Shown here one piece after another: positions 23,401-33,394 of a stretch of DNA of 33,394 nucleotides. Origin of the DNA: Welwitschia mirabilis (taxonomy: Eukaryota). A program made the translations under genes and the position numbers. The notes beneath the pieces were generated by a model. That model did not search any database. It saw only the letters and a program-made list of their open reading frames with translations, and had not been told where the DNA came from. The stretch spans positions 11,096,974 to 11,130,367 of the forward strand of contig JBOZIK010000001.1 of NCBI GenBank assembly GCA_051453625.1, read 5' to 3'. The number at the start of each line of letters is the position of its first letter. Positions within the stretch are counted from its first letter, which is position 1.

Positions 23401-25991
23401 CTCAAATATTAGACTTCTGCATAGTTGACAGACTCAGTCTCTCTACTCTCCAGATCAAAATAGTTAATTCCTAGATGGTCAAAATTGCATTGATCTTCAA
23501 AAACATATAATTTGTCTACTTCCAGTTGATTATCAAACAAAGTTGGTTCATGAATCATTGACCATCTCTCCTGAAGTAGATGGTGTTGTAAAACTAAAGT
23601 TGACTTTATTTCTTCTTCTACACTCAAATCATTTTCTAAATCTTTTTCAGTCACATTAAACACTCTTATTGAAAACTTGTTGTTTCCTAAATAACACTCC
23701 ATCAAATTGGTTTTCATATCTATAATATAATGGGCTATTGCACAAAAAGATCTATTTAGAATTAAATGATAACCACCATTATGTTTAACTTCTATCACAA
23801 AAACATCGACGAGGTAGAAAGCTTCTTCAATCTGAACGAGCAAATCATTAATCACATCTAAAAGTTTCTTAATAGAGGTATCAGTCAATTCTAAAACAAT
23901 CCACGTAGGCTCTATTCTATGTTCTAGTCCAAGTATTTGATAAATATGCAAGAGCATAATGTTAACACTAGCTCCAATATAAATGAAGGCTTTCTTAAAT
24001 CTTCTATTTCCTTCTAAAGTGACATTAATAATTACTTCCCCTGGATCTTTAGACTTTGGAAATCTTTGTAAAACTAAGTTGTTAATGTATTGAGCTAGAA
24101 ATAATTTACTAGGGATGGTTCATTTTGTTTTCTTCTAATTAGATCTTTCCACAACTTAGAATACTTAGGGTTATCTTACAAAAGTCTCCAAAATGATAAA
24201 TTGATACTCACATTTTACATTAAGATTTTAAATGATCATTAAAAATAGGATTCATGTTTAATCTATTAAGTCAAGGGGTAGCAGGTTTCTTATGTGAAGA
24301 ATTTTGCTTTTTATTACTTAATGGAGAAGGGAAAGAATGATTTTCTAAAATTTCTATGTCCTCTTTTTCATCATTTTTGTTACTTTGTAATGTGAAAGCC
24401 TTATGGGTGGAAGGTGTTATCTTATTTTCACTTCTTGTTACCACCTTACAATCTTTCTTAACTTTATTTGAGTTTGGTAAAGGTTGAGTGGTAAGTTATC
24501 CTTATGGTCTTTGGTTAGCAAGCATAGTTTATTACAAAATACATACAAAGTTTTTCTCAACTCATTAATAGAATTTCTAAGGAGATCACCTTGGTTTTAT
24601 GAGTTGGATGGGATTGCTTGATTAGTTGCGTTGTTTGATTTGAAGTTTATATTTTCAATCTCTTTTTAAATGGTTGTAAATTAGGATAATTTATTTGAAA
24701 ATTTTTAAAGTTATATTGTCCACTTATTCTAAGTTGAAAATTGTTGTGATTTTGAATTTGTCTTTGGTTTTCATTTTAGTTAAAGTTTGAGAATCTTTGG
24801 TTGAAGGTACACATTTCTTCATAGATTCTTTTTTTGCAAGTTGGAAGTAAAGGACTTTACTTTATAACATGATAATTATCTTTGCAAAAATCACAAGTAG
24901 GAGCTACAACTATACTTTTTTCAGTTGCAACCTTTTCATCTAAAATCATCTGAGTATTTTTTTTTAGAGTTGAGGTGAAATCCTTAATGACATTTGTTGA
25001 TTTATTTTTAGTTTTTATTTCTTCTTTTTCTTATTTAGCTTCCTTATAATCTTTAATGATTTGACCTATAATTCGTTTTTCTCTATATGAGGATTTAGAC
25101 CAAGTTTGACTTACTTCTACTAGCTCTTCTAATACTTTTTAATCATTTTCTAAGGTAAGGTTCAATAAATTTCCTCTACATGAAAAATCAACTAATTACT
25201 TTATTTGACTATTGAGTCCACTATAAAAATAGTCTACTAATTCTTCTTGAGAAAAATCATCTACATGATTTGAATGTAAAGTAACAAAAATATCTTATAA
25301 GTAGAGGCATAATCTTCATTAGGTAATTGGTTTCACTCATGAATCTTTTAATGAAGGCTTCTCAAACTTGAATCCATGATTTTAAACTTTTATGAGAAAT
25401 CGTTCTTAACCAAAGTTTAGCCTTACCTTTTAAAGTGATGGGAAATATGACCATGTAAGTTCTATCACTTATTCTTTTTTTACGATTTCTTGAAGTGAGC
25501 AGTAATTCTTCTATATTGACAATGTGTTATAAAGGATCTTCATCAAGTTCTCTCCTAAAAATAGGATAGGCATTTAGGTTTCTAAGTTCAACATCATTAC
25601 TAGAGGTAAATCCAAGGGGTTTAAATTTCACATTTCTTATTAGTAATTAGATCTATAAGGGTGACATTTGCATTAGTTTTAATAGGTGTTATCATAAGGT
25701 TCCAATGACAAGGGATGGATTAGACAAAGCAGTTTTCTTTTGCTTTTGTGATAAGGTAAATATGTTTATAAATTGGAAACTACGTCAACACAATCTCCTA
25801 AAAAATTTTCCCTCACAAAATCCAAATTTGAAGAAATAAAAGTGGAAATTTCTAGAATTTCTAAACTTTGTGTACATTTCCTATGTGTACTTGAATTAGT
25901 TTCAAGATCGATTAAACCTTCTCAGATATTTTCCTCTATGAATAGTTGCTCTCTTTAGTATATTTCTTTATTACCAGATTTTACCATACAT
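20450..25991 (-). pseudogene. gag-pol: Athila B gag-pol pseudogene
   Basis: Start MYGKIW at 25991; Gag motifs FPITLKG and CDFCKDNYH. Protease AFIYIGASVNIM (~23955-23990), continuing into ORF 23409-23957. RT motifs FLDGYSGYN, FQHMPFGLCNAFGTFQC and FMDNF. RNase H NYTTTKKEMLA. Integrase GIDFIGP and VDYVTK. 3' end approximate. Confidence 0.93.
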
Positions 25992-26426
25992 GCTTAGTTT
26001 TTGATGCACAAAGTATCATCCCTGCAATTATCAAGATGTAAGATTGGATGATAAAAACATAAAAAACATAAAAAATAAAAAAAAAGTGGAAAATAGAAAC
26101 ACAAAATTGACAGACATAGAAAACACAAACAGTAGATTATCATCTACCTAAGTCATCTAGATGACACAGGGAACAATAAGAAAAATCCTAAAATTTCTTA
26201 AAAGAATAAAAAGTTAAAAAATCAGGGCATAGAGTTGTTGTTACTGCACATCATCTAGACGATGAAGTGGACAATAAAACTTTTATTGCAGAGTAGAAAA
26301 ACGGAAACTTATGAAAAGAAAACCTATGCTACTATAGATAAAAATACAATGCTACTACAAGCAAACATCCAAACTAAGATCCAAATACTCATCAGAGCAA
26401 CAACAACTCTCAAACTCAAGTATCCT

Positions 26427-26444
26427 TCCTCGGCAATGGTGCCA
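26427..26444 (-). promoter_or_regulatory. Primer binding site of Athila B (tRNA-Asp type)
   Basis: Minus strand reads TGGCACCATTGCCGAGGA, a 15/18 match to TGGCGCCGTTGCCGGGGA with three G>A changes, 3 nt from the LTR. Confidence 0.88.
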
Positions 26445-27423
26445 AGATATTGTAATGCATATTTGTGCAAATGATTTAAGCTCAAAAAGATCCTGTCATT
26501 CACAAATAAAATATATATCTATACAATACACTAATATAGATGGAAGTTGACCTAAATGTCATAATCTGTCAAAGGCCTAGACTAGAAAAAGAGAATTGAT
26601 TTCCATAAGAAGCACTTTATATTCTATCAATAGAAATAAATCATAATGTAGAGAAATATAATGCAACACACTTATACAAAGTTAATTTAGGAATAAAAAG
26701 AAATAATACACCTAAACTAACAATGCTCAACCTTGATAAAGGTTTTCTCATAACCTATATCACTCAAGAGACTGTCCCTGAGTCAAGAGCAACATAAGCT
26801 ATGAGGGATAAGAATAAACAAGTATAGGAAAAGGAAAATGAATCTTTATATTAATTGAACCACATCTGGTGTTACAAAGTAGCCATACCTCAATGAAGGA
26901 AGCACAGCCCAACACTAAGAAGGACATTTCTTTATAACTATAAAGAATGGATCTCTAGTCCTTCGATCTCTTACTACTAGAATTTTTTGTGCAAACGAAA
27001 ACTAGACGGAGTCAAGGGCAGGATTGACACTTATTAACACAAAGTACACAACAATAAGACAGATAGAAAAGCATGAACACAACCCTAACGATTGTGTTAA
27101 AAAAACATACAAATACGTGGCAAGAGTTAGGTGAATGTTTGTTGCGGTGTGTATTTGTGCAATAGTTCATGTTTCAAATTCAATCCTGTTAATAATAATA
27201 AGATGCAAAACACAACACGCTAGTATAGACGGAGTGATCCAAATATCGTAATTCCATCAAAGGCCAATGGTATGGACAATAAAGAGTTGATTTCAGATAA
27301 GAAATATGTAACTTTAATCTATTAAATTTAAATTGCAATGCATGGGATTTAAAAGATGATGATGCAAACTAATCTATGAAAATAAATAGCGATGCACCTA
27401 ATCTAATTAAGCTCAACCTTAAC

Positions 27424-27523
27424 NNNNNNNNNNNNNNNNNNNNNNNNNNNNNNNNNNNNNNNNNNNNNNNNNNNNNNNNNNNNNNNNNNNNNNNNNNNNN
27501 NNNNNNNNNNNNNNNNNNNNNNN
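27424..27523. other. Assembly gap (100 N, probably unsized)
   Basis: Run of N. Confidence 0.99.
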
Positions 27524-27803
27524 GCCCTCATAATCTATATAATTAAAGAAACCTGTCACGAATCTAGAACAACATAAACTATGAGGGATAAGTTCCTACA
27601 GTTATTAACAAAAAGAGTAATTCATATTAAAATGTAAAAAGAGCATCTGTATCTCAAAGTAGCTATTCCTCAATGGAGGATACGCCACCCAACACGAAGG
27701 TAATGTCTCTCTAGATTACAAGATGATTCTCCAGTCCTAAGATCTCCTGTCACGAGAATGTTAGGTACTGTCAAAGATGATTAGGGATCAAGGGGGAGAC
27801 CTT

Positions 27804-27812
27804 TATTTATAG
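27804..27812 (-). promoter_or_regulatory. Candidate TATA box of the nested LTR
   Basis: Minus strand reads CTATAAATA in mid-LTR, downstream of the palindromic motif cluster. Confidence 0.55.
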
Positions 27813-28863
27813 GCAGAAAGGGAAAAGGGACTAACAAAAAAGTATAAGATAAACTCTAACTAACATGAAAGGGAAAGTCGCAATTAACAAGCGATAACTC
27901 AGGAATACAATATGTGAAAGTGTCAGATGACAGTGTCATCCAGGTGATCGTCCGAACGATGGAGGAGACGATAGGGATTTACAATGAGATATCTTAATTT
28001 GCTTCTAGTTTAACTATCTGTGATCTTTATGCAAACTGTTATTGACTAATTCTAGAGATTCCGTCCACTAGTGTCGTCTGGACGATGAGGTGAACGATAG
28101 AGTCTGATGATAAGATGTTCACTTCAACTGCAAGCTATCTAGAATTAAGTCTATCATCTGTCGAATTAGGATTGTCATCCTAACAGTCGTCTGAATGACA
28201 TAGAAGACGACAGTCTTCTACTCATCCTTTGTCAGTGTGATATCTGGTTGTTTGTAGGGATAATCATCTAAAAATACAATTTATCCATATCTATAGAAAA
28301 TCTTCGTGAATTATATGATAAACTACATGTTTTCGTCTTGTGTTCCTGGATTCTCAATTGTCATAGGAACTAGGCATTTATCTGTTAGTTTATCTGCAAA
28401 ACAACTCAAAATACCCTATCAAATACACTTAAGTTGGCGTCGCAACAATGTTCAGTGGGATATTACAATAGATGTCATTCTGTTGGTCGTCTAGATGATA
28501 TAGGAGATGATGCCATCTTATAATAATTCATGTCATTGCTAGACTGATCATAATCAGCATCCTCATTGGCCTTAACTGTTCTATCATTCATACTGTCATC
28601 TGAATGATTAGGTGAATGATGGGCTTTAACAAGTATTCCTTTAATGCATTAGCCTCAATGTTTTTGTAGAAAATTTATCTCACAAATAGGAAGTATTAGG
28701 AATTTTTATGAATGCTGCAAAATATAATGGAGATTGCATGTTTTTGTATCTTTTATCTCAGCTCCCTATCATCATAGAAATCCAGCATATACTTGTCTAA
28801 TATCCTATAAAACTACTCAAAATAACCTATCAAATATATGTAAGTTGGCAGCACAACAGTCAT

Positions 28864-29061
28864 AATTCCTCCTAAATTTCCTTATGTTGTAGAAGTGAAA
28901 ATGTTTCACTACTGCTAGGATTTTTCTAATTTCATGTTTTCTCATATTTTTATCTCTTATAAATAGACTAAATTAATGTTAAGTTTACTAATCAAATTTC
29001 TTAAGGTCTTTTTCTTATAAGGGGACATTAGTCCCCTATAGTTCTAGGTGAGACACTCCAT
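28864..29061 (-). pseudogene. LINE ORF2 N-terminus (start of the APE endonuclease)
   Basis: Reads MECLT*NYRGLMSP from the ATG at 29061, matching the plant L1 ORF2 start pattern M..LSWNCRGL. Continues at 18526. Confidence 0.88.
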
Positions 29062-30277
29062 CAAGTTTGTTTTTGTCCCTTTTTGGATGTCCCCTAACCT
29101 TTTTTCATCATCTCTTTAATGGTTACTTGAAAGCTATTAGCCACATTTTCTATTATTTTCTTCTTTCAGAGAATTTTGTTGTTGGGTCTTTCTTTCATCT
29201 GAGTTTTAATGTCATTTAACTTATTTATAGTTACCTAGTTCTAAAATTGATAATTCTCTTTAGGCTTTTCCTCTGTTAAGTGTTGGAAGGGGTTATATTC
29301 CCTCTTTTTCCACCTCCTTTTTCTTTGGAAAAACCATTTTGTTCTTAATTATTTTTTCTTTATTTTATTTATGCCAGCATTCCTTCTAATTATGTCCTAT
29401 ATTCCTACAAAAGATCATACTTCCTTTAATTTTTTATCAATATTAATTTATCTTTTTCTTCATTCATCTTTTCATAGCCTTTTCTCCCACAATATGTACA
29501 TCTCTTATATATCTTAGTACATCTTCCTAGGACATGTCTAGTCTTTTTACAAGTGTCACATATAACCAAGAGGTTCTCATAAGTGACTTTCAGATCGTAC
29601 GTGCCCCATTTCAATCTAAATTTTACAAATTGAATCTTATTTATTTTTTCAACACTAATCTAAATGCAAAATCTTATCAGCATCAATCTTGTTTCTTTTA
29701 TGGTAATTCTATCTAGTTTTATTAGCTTCTTAAACTAAAAAGCAATTTTCTTCAGAAGATCTTTGTCTTAGTACTCTAGGGAAAACTTGTAAATATGATC
29801 CATATAGGGAGTCTTTTGACCAAATTTGGATCCGAGCGTATCCCTGGTGTCCATTTAGCTAAGGCTAATCCTCTCATTCCAAAGAATCCTTATCCTTTGG
29901 TTATAACTTCATCTCAATCCCATTGTCAAGTTAAAAAAGATCTAACCCTTCTAGCATGGCTATTACCTCAACTTTGCTGACCCCTATCCATTTAGTAGCT
30001 ATCCATGCTCTAATGAAATCAAGTTTAGGCCTTGGGCTAGATGAAACAAACTTGCTTATAAGACTGTATTGAAGTTTCTTTTTGATTTTAGAGCATGCAT
30101 CTTCATCTATGTCTAAAGTTAGGTTTTTCCCTCCTTGAAGAACTAAGTCTTCTCCATTTTGAGGATAAGAGTCCTACTTTAAATCTCACGATGAATCAAT
30201 TCTGATGAAAGAAATAAAATTTGTAACTTACTTATTACCTAACTGTATGATAGTCGATAATGCCCCATATGTGCCAT
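29061..30277 (-). pseudogene. LINE ORF1 pseudogene (DUF4283-like domain plus zinc knuckles)
   Basis: RLSYS*VISK, LQYSLISKFVSSSPRPKLDFIRAWI (~30000-30075), and YENLLVICDTCKKTRHVLGRC (ORF 29426-29614). Start position uncertain. Confidence 0.85.
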
Positions 30278-30848
30278 GGCTGTTCAGATCTGAAACCTCC
30301 CCCGCTAATCTGGTACTTCTAGAACCTATCTTACTCCTTCACTCCTTCCACAGATTATTATTTTGAGGCACCTTCAAATTTTTTCTTTATGTCTTTTCTA
30401 TTTGAATAAGGAACTATCTTGATAAGTCTTAAACAAAAGATTAATATTCTTCTTTTTATGAGAACCTTGATAAAACATTCTATTGTATGATAAGTTTAAA
30501 CATTGTTAAAAGTTTTTCTACTATATGAATATTTTAAAATAAAAAAAGGATAATATATATTATATACATACTGAACAAACACCACAATGTCCTACTTTAA
30601 GTAGTTGTGAGAACTCTAATGGAGGGTGGGTTAGCTTGTAGGTCCTTCTTTCTTTCACAATGATTGCACTCTCATCATTATGGATTATGTTGTAAAATTC
30701 AAAAATATGTTAAGGAATGATTATATCCTAGGTGTTATTTGAGGCATAACTAGTTAATAAGATATAACTCCTAGTCACAACACAATAAGTTTATTCATTT
30801 ATTTAATTAAATGATCATTCTATCTATTATGTGAGAGTGAGAATAAGA

Positions 30849-30878
30849 GTGTGTGAAAGTGTGTGTATGTGTGTGAGA

Positions 30879-30920
<42 letters not shown>
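30849..30920. repeat. Compound (GT)n-(GA)n microsatellite
   Basis: GTGTGTGAAAGTGTGTGTATGTGTGTGAGAGAGAGAGAAAGAGAGAGAGAAAGAGAGAG... Confidence 0.95.
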
Positions 30921-32680
30921 TTATTTTATCTTATGATGGAATGTGGAACAAGGATTTTGCATCATAGTTCATGCATAATCATTAAATTTTATTGAGAAAG
31001 AAATAAAGATCTACTAGTATTAAGGTTATTCCTATAAATCTTTATTATCTAAAGATCTAATGTTGAGGATTTTCCTTAAAAGAAATTGACATGATTTAAC
31101 AAGTAGTAGAAAGTTTATTAGCCCAAGTAATAAAAACCTTGTATTAAGATAAATAATTATTACATCACACTTAACATCAATTCACTCTAAATACTTATTG
31201 AAATCAAAAGTCTAAAAAATAGTTGAGACAACAATAGCAAATAACTTCAAAACCTCAATTTTTAAATTGGCTAACATTTTTATTATTCTTATTAGATCTT
31301 CTATTTCATTGGGAGTAAGAAGATGATGATAATAGATGCATTTCACTTAGAATGTTAGACAACATTTGTATTTCATGTGGATGTACATTCTAAAAGTTAG
31401 TATATCTTCTTGCATCACATACTGATCTTTTAATACTCTCTTTATCAAATCTTAATGGCATTAACTTAGTTCTGGATTTGAGCCTTGATATTTCTTAAGC
31501 CTCCTCTCCAATTTCTATATTTATCCAGCCAATCTTTCTAATGCTACATCATATGTTGACTCTTCATAATTCAGCTATTGGTGAAGCTCTTCTTCTCTCA
31601 GCCTTAAGTACTCACTAGCAAGATGATGAACCATAAGACCAAACATGGAGGAATAACACTATTACAAAATCATTCTCTACCTTCATTCATAATAAATAAG
31701 TCCAAGGTATCAAAGAATTCAACCACAAATTTCAAAGAAGAGTAAGTGTATTCAATTACAGTCCTAGGTCTGATAACTATTTGAGGGAAGACAGTTTGAT
31801 ACTTCAAATGCACATGTTAATTTGAATAATAATAAAGTTAAACAAATAACATTTGATCTTTGTTTTACTAGAAGAAATGTTGAAAGGATTTAGAAGGATA
31901 GCAAAATAAAAATCCATGGAAAATTACAATAGATCACCAGGAGAAAGGAATAGTGAGATGAAGGGAAGGTCATGTAATGAATAGATTAAGTATGAATTTT
32001 ACATTTATGCTTTCATCTGATAGATGTTCATTGAATAAATACAAGTGTCAAATTACTTAATAAAATAATAATTAAAGGAAATCATACCTGTCAAGAGCGT
32101 TCTTAATTACACTAAAGTCATTAATTAAAGGAATGCTCAACTAATCACAACTTGATTTGAAGCCAAGACTTCAAAACAATATTAAATTATTTGAATATTC
32201 CCTTACCTCCCAAAATTAGTTCTTTAAATCTTTGTCTACCTACATGATTAGATTAATAAATTAAAAATGATTATACATAATTAAATAAGAAATTTAATCA
32301 ATATACATAATGTATACTTGTATTATTTTGATTATAAAGTTGATCTTTTGACTAAATAGTTTATTAATCTAAAACCTGAATTTTGGATTAAATCTTAGAT
32401 TAATCAAACTTTTAATGTAATTATAGTATACAGGGAAGGAGGATGTTAAACTTGATGACCTACCTGAACTTTTTACTTTATGTTGCCTCACATGGTTGTG
32501 CCCTCTTATTATTTCTTGATTTAATATTTAAGTAGTAGCAGATTTGAAGGCCATCTTTAAGAAGATCCTTCTAAAATCCTATTATCAACTTAACATCTAT
32601 ATTTGAGGACTCTTGGTGAGAACTCTTAAGTTCTCGATGACATCCCTCATCTTGGATACCATGATGCTAGGAATTAATGG

Positions 32681-32813
32681 CCACTTAAACATGAAAATCC
32701 TATACCTTCTACCCTTCTTAATCCTAAACTCAATGACCTCTTCAACTTTTTTGATCCCACTTAAAACATGAAGATCCTCTACCTTGTACACTCTTGAATC
32801 CTAAGCTCAATGA
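32681..32813. repeat. Degenerate direct repeat, two ~57-bp units with period ~76 bp
   Basis: CCACTTAAACATGAAAATCCTATACCTT...CTCAATGA (32681-32736) and CCACTTAAAACATGAAGATCCTCTACCTT...CTCAATGA (32757-32813). Confidence 0.8.
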
Positions 32814-33219
32814 TAATTCAATTTTCTTGTCTTACTTCTTAGAAATTAACATGTGGATTCCTCTTACTACCATATTAGCACTTCATTAAATAATTTCAAC
32901 ATTTATTAGACATGGAAAATCTAGCTTGAAAATATCTTACCATGCAGGGATTTAATTATTTCACATGCAATCTTGAGTTTATAAAATGAGTAGTATGTGA
33001 GTCTATACTTCTACATTTCATTTCCTACAATTTTTGTGATAACTAGCCTTCATTCTCAAAAAGCTTTTATGGCCACTCAAATAGTTGTAATCCCTCATGA
33101 TAAGTTATTTGCTTTTACATTCTAGAGTGTGTAATTTTATTTCTAGAAAATAAAGTAAAATTATTAGATAATAAAAAGTCAATGACAAAATATGATTTTC
33201 ATGGCTATTTAAAAACCTT

Positions 33220-33394
33220 AAAATGCACTGCTATTTTATAATTTCTGCTCAATAAAAACATGTTGTTGATTTACAATTTATGCTTGATAGAAATGTGCTA
33301 TTATTTTTCATTTTCTATTAATAAAAATGTAATGCAATTTTATAATTTTTGCTCAATTAAAATGCACAAATATCTTACAATTTTTTCTTGATAA
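33220..33394. repeat. Degenerate ~35-bp tandem array running off the right edge
   Basis: About five units of the form AAAATG(C/T)A....TTT(T)A(T/C)AATTT.TGCT(C/T)(A/G)AT. Confidence 0.6.

Larger units (their letters stand above)
27140..28447 (-). mobile_element. Nested, younger LTR of a related Athila subfamily (apparent solo LTR; contains an N-gap)
   Basis: Perfect terminal inverted repeat TGTTGCG...CGCAACA and perfect TSD ATGTT (27135-27139, 28448-28452). Homologous to the host LTR and retains many CpGs. Confidence 0.92.
18527..28858 (-). mobile_element. Full-length Athila-type Ty3/gypsy LTR retrotransposon copy B, inserted in the LINE endonuclease domain
   Basis: Two ~1100-bp LTRs, TSD ATCAT (18522-18526) / GTCAT (28859-28863), PBS at 26427-26444, PPT at 19627-19649, and gag-pol. 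The LINE frame reads GNLGGIMT-LMKNEVE across the empty site. Confidence 0.95.
26448..28858 (-). repeat. 5' LTR of Athila B, split into 26448-27139 and 28453-28858 by a nested LTR
   Basis: The two parts sum to ~1098 bp and align collinearly to 18527-19626 across GTGAATGTT-CAGTGGGA. Ends GGCAGCACAACA. Confidence 0.93.

Noticed and set aside
27930..28200. Clustered palindromic repeats as a CRISPR-like array
   Set aside because: The repeats are short, degenerate and irregularly spaced, lie inside an LTR, and there are no cas genes. Reported instead as an LTR motif.
32597..32791. 64-aa ORF as a host gene
   Set aside because: It has no recognisable domain, uses a non-ATG start and overlaps a degenerate direct repeat.

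Overview
This is a very AT-rich eukaryotic window, almost certainly from a plant. It has three N-gaps (1017-1616, 20280-20379, 27424-27523) and no intact host gene, RNA gene or prokaryotic system that I can support. About 30 kb is a nested stack of decayed retrotransposons, all on the minus strand. The base layer is an L1-type LINE (ORF1 ~30277-29061; ORF2 from 29061) now split into three pieces. Inserted into it are (i) a full-length Athila-type Ty3/gypsy element B (18527-28858, TSD ATCAT/GTCAT, tRNA-Asp-type PBS), (ii) a full-length Ty1/copia element (10631-15698, TSD ATACT/ATACG, Met-i PBS) and (iii) probably a second Athila copy A (<1-10179), which carries a decayed env-like ORF and runs off the left edge. 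The 5' LTR of B is itself interrupted by a younger, related LTR (27140-28447, perfect TSD ATGTT). All coding regions are pseudogenised, mostly by C>T/G>A changes that include non-CG contexts. The least explained signal is a palindrome-cored ~27-bp motif repeated across the Athila LTR U3, 5' UTR, PR-RT linker and pol-env spacer. The last 3 kb hold a microsatellite, an unidentified decayed ORF and degenerate repeats. I found no convincing novel biological system; the findings concern transposon structure and evolution. Translations and identities were done by eye and are approximate.
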